32,900 nucleotides of DNA from a virus. Taxonomy: Duplodnaviria > Caudoviricetes. The stretch is from IMG/VR virus record IMGVR_UViG_3300020042_006595, positions 1-32,900 of that record. One strand, given 5' to 3'. This document shows, piece after piece, positions 26,634-32,900 of this stretch. Every line of letters begins with the position of its first letter. The stretch's first letter is position 1. Made by a program: the position numbers and the translations under genes. The notes under the pieces were generated by a model. The model did no database searches and was not told the DNA's origin. It worked only from the letters and a program-made list of their open reading frames with translations.

Positions 26634-27487
26634 TATTTAATAGATTTTAATTCAGATACTAATTGATGGAATTGTAATAAAGCGATAATATTATCGTCTT
26701 TTACGTTTTGATTTTTCTCTAATGGGATTAACAAATTAGCTACTTCATGAATTTTAATCTGAGTAGTCTTATCTGTTACTGATTTGTTAAGTTTAGTTAA
26801 ATCTAATTTAATAGCAGCGAAGCTATCATTAACAAATTCTCTTAATTTAACTGTATTAGATATGTTGTTGATATATTCTTTCAATACTGTTTTTTGAGCA
26901 TCAGACATATTGTTATACTTACTATTGAATTTTTCCAATAATATTTTGTATACTAATATGCGTGTACCTTTATCCATACTAGCGTATTCTTCTAAAACGC
27001 GATCTTTTACTTCGGCCTTATTAATTTCAGTACGGGAAATATATTCAAGTAAAGTTACTTTATTTTCAATAACTTGAGATGGCTCAACAAATTCTAATGA
27101 ATTGTGAGCCTCAAGCAAACTGTATGCTGCCGCGTATTGCGGATAGTTATTGATTTTAGATTTAAAGAATTCTGTTAAGTCATAAGACTCACGAATATCT
27201 TTAATAATATTATATTTTTCTTTGCGAAGCGCAGATTTATTTAATCGAGATGATATTTCAAGAGTTACATTGATTAATGATTCAGCTTTGCTCTCAGTTA
27301 ATGCTTTTGAATTAACTAATGCTTGATACAGTTTATGTTCTTTTGCTAGTTCGGATTTGCTAAAATATTTTTTAACTAATTCGATAGCGGCTGAATCTTT
27401 ACCAGACACAGTGTCTGATGCGATTTGGCGCACTAGTAATTCAAATAATATGCCTGTATTACGAAATTTGTTATGCTTTATTTTCAT
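26633..27487 (-). CDS. Helical hypothetical protein downstream of the portal (possible prohead core component)
   Basis: 284 aa, N-terminal KHNKFRNTGILFELLVRQI, located in the head module. Confidence 0.75.
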   Translation of the reverse strand: MKIKHNKFRNTGILFELLVRQIASDTVSGKDSAAIELVKKYFSKSELAKEHKLYQALVNSKALTESKAESLINVTLEISSRLNKSALRKEKYNIIKDIRESYDLTEFFKSKINNYPQYAAAYSLLEAHNSLEFVEPSQVIENKVTLLEYISRTEINKAEVKDRVLEEYASMDKGTRILVYKILLEKFNSKYNNMSDAQKTVLKEYINNISNTVKLREFVNDSFAAIKLDLTKLNKSVTDKTTQIKIHEVANLLIPLEKNQNVKDDNIIALLQFHQLVSELKSIK

Positions 27488-27509
27488 AATTGAATAGTAT
27501 ACACTATCT

Positions 27510-27517
27510 ATAAATAT
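27510..27517 (-). promoter_or_regulatory. ATATTTAT motif
   Basis: 22 nt upstream of ATG 27487. Confidence 0.55.
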
Positions 27518-27524
27518 GTAATTG

Positions 27525-29417
27525 TTATATGTTCTTAATATTTCCTTCGTCTAGCAATGTAGATTCTTGCTCGGCTTCAAATATTATTTGTTTTTCACCT
27601 CTAGGGATTTGCTTCAACATATCTTTGTATCTATACGATTCAGCTAATGCTAGTGGTGAACCACCTTTTGGTGTACCTGTTTCGCTAGGTATATTTGCAG
27701 TGTATAACGTAGCATTTTCACCAGCGCCTAATCTATCTTTACCTAATGGATCGTTTTGTGTACCAACGATAGATGCTTTTTCTTTAGGGCGACCAACTGG
27801 TACTTTTTCATCATATCCTGGAGGTATAGCTCCTGTATTACCAACACCATTTCTACCTTTACCATATAGTGAAGCTAGATCATGTGGTGTGCCATATGAT
27901 TTACCTGACTTAGCAGGATCGTTACCTTCATTCTCAATTTGTGAGAAGCGGAATGTACGTTTCATATCTTCAGCTACTAGATCACGGTATTGTTCATATT
28001 GATCTTCACTGAATTGGAATACTTTATCGTAAATCCAATCAGATGGCATTAATTTACTATCTTGTATGTCTTTAGCTAGTGCAATTTTTTCCTTCCATAA
28101 TGCTACTTTTTCTTGTTCGTAGATAATTGATGGAGTGGATAATGTTAATTCGAAGTTGCTTAATGATTCACCATCATATCCTTGAGTATATAGATGCACT
28201 AATGCCATTTTATATAATTCAGATAATACAATACGTTGAATACGTTCAACAGTGCGAGCAAAACGAATATCTTCAGCGGCTAATGTAGCTTTACCTGTTA
28301 AATCTTTTTCAAATCCGAAGAATGCTTTAGGTACCTTAAGAGCAGCTAACATTTCATCACGTAAGAAATTCACATCCTCAATAGCGTTATATTCAAGGCC
28401 TTTAATTGTATCAATTTTGGTATTGCTATTAGCGCCACGTTGTGGAATATAGAAATCTTCCATTACGTTCATTTCATTATAACGTAAGTTATATTCACCT
28501 GTTCTGTGATCAATGAATGGAGTTTTCTTCATTTTATTCTTTAGTTTCTCCATGTATCCATCAACCTCATTTGGAGGTAAATTACCAATATCAATATAGA
28601 ATACGCGCTTTTCTGGGGCACGAGTAACACGATGTAATAACATCGCATCTTTCATTAGTACGTATTGTTTATACGTTTTACGTGCTGGTTCTATATATGC
28701 TCTACCATAGGGTAAGTAGTTAGCATCTGTTAATAAGCGGAAATGCGCTATTTCGTAGTTTTCAAATTTAATTTTACCATCTCTATCTTTAACTCTACTA
28801 TTAATTCCACCAGCGGCAATAACCATTGGGTCAATCTTAAAGCAAACGTATGATGGGTTTTGAGGATCCATACCTTCTTCACGAACCATATCATATACTG
28901 ATAATGGTGTTACTGTATATATACCAAATTTCTCAGCAATTTCCATATGTAAATAGAAATCACCATATTTGCACATATTTCTAATCCACATCCATAAATT
29001 AAATTCTACATTTAATACGTCATAGAATAGATTATATAGTATACGTTGAATATTTTCGTCAGCACTTCTAATCTGTATTACCTCACCCGCTTCATTTTTT
29101 AATGTTGCTTCATCTGCGATAATATCTAATGCTGATGCAATGATTGATTCTGTATCCATTGCTTCATAGTCAGTATATAACTGAATACGGAGTGTTTGGT
29201 AGTTCATCGTTGGGTTATACGGCATATTAGCTCCGTAGCGATGTAACTTAGTGAATCTATCTATTAAGGCATTTGTTTTTATATTACCGTAGGCTTGTAT
29301 TCTATCAACGTCTACAACTTTTAATTGGTTTCCACCTACATTGCGTATAATCACATCCGTGGAAAATAGGCGTTTAAGTTTACCAAATAAGCCGGGATCG
29401 TTTTGTTGTTCTGCCAT
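27525..29417 (-). CDS. gp20: Portal protein, T4 gp20-like
   Basis: RAPEKRVFYIDIGNLP, EDFYIPQRG, AALKVP and EDIRFAR motifs; follows the terminase. Confidence 0.93.
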   Translation of the reverse strand: MAEQQNDPGLFGKLKRLFSTDVIIRNVGGNQLKVVDVDRIQAYGNIKTNALIDRFTKLHRYGANMPYNPTMNYQTLRIQLYTDYEAMDTESIIASALDIIADEATLKNEAGEVIQIRSADENIQRILYNLFYDVLNVEFNLWMWIRNMCKYGDFYLHMEIAEKFGIYTVTPLSVYDMVREEGMDPQNPSYVCFKIDPMVIAAGGINSRVKDRDGKIKFENYEIAHFRLLTDANYLPYGRAYIEPARKTYKQYVLMKDAMLLHRVTRAPEKRVFYIDIGNLPPNEVDGYMEKLKNKMKKTPFIDHRTGEYNLRYNEMNVMEDFYIPQRGANSNTKIDTIKGLEYNAIEDVNFLRDEMLAALKVPKAFFGFEKDLTGKATLAAEDIRFARTVERIQRIVLSELYKMALVHLYTQGYDGESLSNFELTLSTPSIIYEQEKVALWKEKIALAKDIQDSKLMPSDWIYDKVFQFSEDQYEQYRDLVAEDMKRTFRFSQIENEGNDPAKSGKSYGTPHDLASLYGKGRNGVGNTGAIPPGYDEKVPVGRPKEKASIVGTQNDPLGKDRLGAGENATLYTANIPSETGTPKGGSPLALAESYRYKDMLKQIPRGEKQIIFEAEQESTLLDEGNIKNI

Positions 29418-29437
29418 TATATGTTTTTATTATATCA

Positions 29438-29445
29438 ATAAATAT
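29438..29445 (-). promoter_or_regulatory. ATATTTAT motif upstream of the portal gene
   Basis: 20 nt upstream of ATG 29417, within the palindromic AATAAATATTTATT. Confidence 0.5.
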
Positions 29446-29448
29446 TTA

Positions 29449-31038
29449 TTAGCTTAACATCCATGTTAAGTCTTCAACACCATATACTGTTTCCATTTGA
29501 TATGGGTTAGGTGTGCCATTAGGCATTGTTGGTACATCACTTACTCCACCACCTGTTCTAGATATTCCAGATAATGCTGCACGAGCTGAATCTAGACCTT
29601 GCATATGATATTTAACTCCTGTATCGCGAGTAAACAATCCCATTCCTAGAGCCATTACTAAATCATCATTATATCCGTTTTGTGCTTGTGCTTTACCATT
29701 TATCCAAACAAATACACGTAATTCTTCTAATAATCTTTTAGAATGAAATATAAAATGCTTATCTCGAATATATGACTCCATCTTTGAAATAACAAGTGGT
29801 CTTGTTTTTACTGATGTAGTAAATCCAGGAACTGTTTGTTCAGCTTCCATTTTAGATATCCATTTATCAGCACTAATATCACCATGTATTTTAGGAGAAT
29901 AATGTAGGTTTTGGTATCCTTTTTCAATGATAGTATTTATAACATCCCATCCTATGTTTGCATTTTCTACTACTAGTAAAGCGTTATTGTATTCAGCTGC
30001 TACTGATACTAGCATATTACCAAATGTACGAGTATCTACTTGCGATTTATATTCAGCAACTTGCTCACAGCTTTCCACATCAATGATATGAAATGCAGAG
30101 AAATCACTACTGTCACCGCGAGCAACGTCAGCACATACGATATAAGACTTAGCATAATCAGAATACTTCCAAATCCAAAAGTCACCACCCATAAAACGGC
30201 GTTCAATAGGGTCTTGTATAAAATTTTGTTCATAGAATGTTAATGTGTCTGGTTCAACTAATGAATTACCTGATCCTAAAAAGTCACAATCATACTCTTG
30301 AGCAAATTCACGTGCGGACATGTTCGCTCGTTCAGTTGCTTCCCAATCTCCTACTCTATCAGGATGTAAATCCCACCTTAATTTTATTGCTTTAAAATCA
30401 CCTTTACCTTGCTCAGACTCAGTATACATTCTATGAAACCAATTACCAACGCCATTTGGTGATGATAACGCAATAATACCACCTCCGGTGGCAATCGTTG
30501 GTTTAATACTGGTGTATATTTTATCTATACCCTCAATAAACGCAGCCTCATCTATAAGTAATAAAGATACGGCGTACGATCTACCTGCATCTGATGCGGC
30601 GGATGTTGCTATAATTTGAGAGTTATTTGCTAGTCTTAATGATAATTTGTTATCGGCAAGTGGTTTAACATTTCCTTTTAACCAGCTAGGTAAGTTATTG
30701 TACATAAACTGTACTTTTTCAACCATACCTTTGGCTGTTTCCTGTTTAGTTGCTATACATAACACAGTTTTATCTTTATTAAACATCATTATCCACAAGG
30801 CAAAGCCAGCTGATAGTGTTGATATTCCTAGCTGTCTAGACTTGTTAATGATAGTGAATCTGTTATTTCTAAAATCATTTAATACATCTTCTTGAAATGG
30901 GTATAAATGAAATAGTATACGACCTTTAATAGGGTGAGATATATAGGCATATTTGCGAAAGAAATATACAGGATCCATAGCACATTTAATGTATTCCTGC
31001 TTTATTATGTCTTTTATATTAGCTTGTTGAGTGCTCAT
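29449..31038 (-). CDS. terL: Terminase large subunit, T4 gp17-like
   Basis: LYPFQ, KSRQLGIST (Walker A), LLLIDEAAF (Walker B), SSPNG, and the CADVARG and NDDLVMA nuclease motifs. Confidence 0.95.
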   Translation of the reverse strand: MSTQQANIKDIIKQEYIKCAMDPVYFFRKYAYISHPIKGRILFHLYPFQEDVLNDFRNNRFTIINKSRQLGISTLSAGFALWIMMFNKDKTVLCIATKQETAKGMVEKVQFMYNNLPSWLKGNVKPLADNKLSLRLANNSQIIATSAASDAGRSYAVSLLLIDEAAFIEGIDKIYTSIKPTIATGGGIIALSSPNGVGNWFHRMYTESEQGKGDFKAIKLRWDLHPDRVGDWEATERANMSAREFAQEYDCDFLGSGNSLVEPDTLTFYEQNFIQDPIERRFMGGDFWIWKYSDYAKSYIVCADVARGDSSDFSAFHIIDVESCEQVAEYKSQVDTRTFGNMLVSVAAEYNNALLVVENANIGWDVINTIIEKGYQNLHYSPKIHGDISADKWISKMEAEQTVPGFTTSVKTRPLVISKMESYIRDKHFIFHSKRLLEELRVFVWINGKAQAQNGYNDDLVMALGMGLFTRDTGVKYHMQGLDSARAALSGISRTGGGVSDVPTMPNGTPNPYQMETVYGVEDLTWMLS

Positions 31039-31042
31039 GTAT

Positions 31043-31050
31043 ATAAATAT
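31043..31050 (-). promoter_or_regulatory. ATATTTAT motif immediately upstream of terL
   Basis: 4 nt upstream of ATG 31038, directly after a terminator. Confidence 0.5.
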
Positions 31051-31052
31051 AT

Positions 31053-31081
31053 AAAGAAAACCCGACCTACGGGGTCGGGTT
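31053..31081 (-). terminator. Rho-independent terminator
   Basis: Minus strand AACCCGACC-CCGTA-GGTCGGGTT followed by TTCTTT. Confidence 0.85.
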
Positions 31082-31168
31082 AGAGAACTATAATACGGAG
31101 ATTATAGCGGGGCATGTTTCGCATTGGTCTAAAAATGCTTAACGGTTGTGTTCCTAAAGGTAGCACAC

Positions 31169-31843
31169 TTATTTTACTAATGTCAAATATCCTAAACCAC
31201 CAATGATTATGTAGCTAGCGATACGTTGAAATTTAGATTTTACTTTTAGTTTTGTATTTTCTAATTTTAAAACGTTGTATTGTTTCTGCCAACCTTTAAT
31301 TTGAACATCTTGGTTGCCGATAATAGTTTTAAAATTTACTTCTTTAGATTGATATTTAGATATTACACTATCTTTAACTACTAGTCTAGAACTATCTAAT
31401 CCTATAATAGTATCTTTAATCTTTATTAATTCTTTAGCGCCATCTAATTCTACTAAATCTTTTGCTGATGCTACTAATACTGGTTTAGCTACTACTAATG
31501 GAGTTGATGTTGTGTCAGTTGGGTAGCGGTTATTGTAGAACTGTACTACTTCATTATCCTGCATTAAATCAATAGTGTTTTTCTTTGATTCAACATATTT
31601 AATAACAGTTGTTACTTTAGTTTTTTGATGCAATACTAAATCATTCAGTTCAGCATCAAGAATATTTAAATCATTAATTACTGAATCGTCTTTAGCAATC
31701 ACTATTTTTAATGAATCATTTGCATGGTTTAAACTATCCATCTGTGCGTTGAATGCTTTATCATTAACAGTATCGCTACATTTTTCAAATACAACGAAAC
31801 AAATTAGTACTAATGTTAAAATTGGGAATATTAGTTTTTTCAT
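31169..31843 (-). CDS. Membrane-anchored coiled-coil protein, possible spanin-like lysis protein
   Basis: N-terminal MKK plus hydrophobic segment plus Cys, coiled-coil middle, C-terminal hydrophobic IASYIIIGGLGYLTLV. Confidence 0.5.
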   Translation of the reverse strand: MKKLIFPILTLVLICFVVFEKCSDTVNDKAFNAQMDSLNHANDSLKIVIAKDDSVINDLNILDAELNDLVLHQKTKVTTVIKYVESKKNTIDLMQDNEVVQFYNNRYPTDTTSTPLVVAKPVLVASAKDLVELDGAKELIKIKDTIIGLDSSRLVVKDSVISKYQSKEVNFKTIIGNQDVQIKGWQKQYNVLKLENTKLKVKSKFQRIASYIIIGGLGYLTLVK

Positions 31844-31846
31844 ATA

Positions 31847-32821
31847 CTATTTTTTTATACCTGCGTAATATTGCATTTTATTAATTGTCCATTCGTCTAA
31901 TGGTTCTACTTCTAAATCTTCAGGCTTAATTGCTGGTGCAACTGGTTCTTCTTTCTTTAACTTAGCTTGTAAGTATGGAGATGTAGCTACTAAAGCTGCA
32001 ATTCTTTCTTCCAATGATGCTTTTAAATCAAGTAAACGTTGTATTTCAGTTGATGGTTTGTCAGATATGTCTCCCATCATTCCACCGCTTCTACCTTTTC
32101 TTAATTTTGTAATATTGCTTTTAGTAGAATCTAAACGTTGTTTTAATTCACCATATTTCATCCAAGCTTCATAATCTTCGTCTGAGATGCTACTAACAGG
32201 TGCATCACTTTTTTCCATATCATCTACAGTTGGCTCTTCATCATCATTAAAATCTTCATCACCATCTGCATTTGGTTCATTATCAAAATACATTGATAAT
32301 GGATTTTCAGCGTTACCCATAAACATATCTTCTGGTTCAGTTGCTTGTACTGGTGCTGTTTCACCTGGTGCTACTGGTGCTTCTTCTTCACCACCTGCTC
32401 CTAATTTAACTAATACACCAGCATCTAATAAACCATTTACTACTGCGTTTGCTATTTGAGGGCGAACAAAGTTAAATTGTGCTTGTAATGCTGTTTTTTC
32501 AGCACCTGGATTAGCACGGAAAAATTCAATAACATCAGATAATGAAGTTCCACTTACACGCTTAGTAGCGTATTGAGATGCATCAATATTTGGATCAGCT
32601 AATCTAAATCCTTTAGCGATACGAGCCATTTCATCAATATCTGTTTCGGCTAATGGGGATGTTTCTTTGCTCAATTCAGCTTTTGTCTTTTGAAGAGCAA
32701 TAATTTCTTTATCTATAGCTGATTTTTTAGCAGCTTGTGCTGCTTGATCAGCAGCAGCATCTTCATTTAAAACGCTAGCGATAGCTTCTTGTACTAATCT
32801 CCTAAGTTGTTTGGCTTTCAT
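31847..32821 (-). CDS. Acidic putative head-internal protein (start likely at the second Met, 32821)
   Basis: MKAKQLRRLVQEAIASVLNE leader and C-terminal LDEWTINKMQYYAGIKK. The ORF-track start (32851) overlaps the ATATTTAT motif. Confidence 0.75.
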   Translation of the reverse strand: MKAKQLRRLVQEAIASVLNEDAAADQAAQAAKKSAIDKEIIALQKTKAELSKETSPLAETDIDEMARIAKGFRLADPNIDASQYATKRVSGTSLSDVIEFFRANPGAEKTALQAQFNFVRPQIANAVVNGLLDAGVLVKLGAGGEEEAPVAPGETAPVQATEPEDMFMGNAENPLSMYFDNEPNADGDEDFNDDEEPTVDDMEKSDAPVSSISDEDYEAWMKYGELKQRLDSTKSNITKLRKGRSGGMMGDISDKPSTEIQRLLDLKASLEERIAALVATSPYLQAKLKKEEPVAPAIKPEDLEVEPLDEWTINKMQYYAGIKK

Positions 32822-32849
32822 TGTCTTTAATTCAGTTATGTTTATGTCC

Positions 32850-32857
32850 ATAAATAT
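32850..32857 (-). promoter_or_regulatory. ATATTTAT motif
   Basis: 28 nt upstream of ATG 32821, right after the upstream stop. Confidence 0.5.
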
Positions 32858-32899
32858 TTAGCTTAAGTGGGAGATTATAGTAGCGATACGTTCTTCGGT
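32858..32899 (-). CDS. 3' end of an upstream gene (…TEERIATIISHLS*)
   Basis: Open frame from the window edge to TAA 32860-32858. A TEER-I ending recalls NadR/AAA_28-type kinases, but it is too short to assign. Confidence 0.45.
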   Translation of the reverse strand, partial: TEERIATIISHLS

Positions 32900-32900
32900 T

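Noticed and set aside
927-30233. Short alternative-frame minus-strand ORFs (927-1166, 8374-8607, 10991-11188, 22728-22955, 23082-23270, 30036-30233)
   Set aside because: Nested out of frame within larger genes, with compositions typical of frameshifted repeats.
27525-31038. Inteins or introns in the terminase or portal genes
   Set aside because: Lengths are ordinary, motifs are collinear, and I saw no splicing or homing-endonuclease motifs.
587-32459. All plus-strand ORFs in the track (e.g. 587-814, 1367-1690, 6829-7305, 19711-20214, 27529-28002)
   Set aside because: They lie antisense to long motif-supported minus-strand genes and are explained by biased codon usage and low-complexity repeats.
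31097-32892. Short matches ggagattatag (31097, 32870) and tagcgatacgtt (~31216, 32881)
   Set aside because: Only 11-12 nt, partly within coding sequence, and compatible with chance.

Overview
AT-rich fragment of a large tailed dsDNA phage (T4-superfamily-like head module; a Bacteroidota host is inferred from the A-rich, mostly Shine-Dalgarno-less starts). All credible genes are on the minus strand. In transcription order (right to left): 3' end of an upstream gene, acidic protein, membrane/coiled-coil protein, terminase large subunit, gp20-like portal, several putative prohead core/internal proteins, gp21-like prohead protease, scaffold, gp23-like major capsid protein, PhoH, gp13/gp14-like neck proteins, gp15-like tail terminator, then >12 kb of Ser/Thr/Gly/Ala-rich fibre-like genes. 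Two of these have C-terminal autocleaving chaperone domains and one runs off the left edge. The plus-strand ORFs are antisense shadows. Most notable observations: (1) short amphipathic peptide tags (E-x-x-R-M-Q-K-L-A-G-I and relatives), flanked by I/L-x-E protease sites, shared between the scaffold C-terminus and unrelated small proteins, suggesting a capsid cargo-loading code; (2) one ~1525-codon fibre reading frame interrupted by a single in-frame TAA; (3) a cupredoxin-like domain with all four type-1 copper ligands inside that fibre; (4) fibre genes built from variable cassettes between conserved DNA junctions; (5) an ATATTTAT motif, the reverse complement of the T4 late promoter core, upstream of nine genes. 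All calls come from manual reading; no database searches were run.
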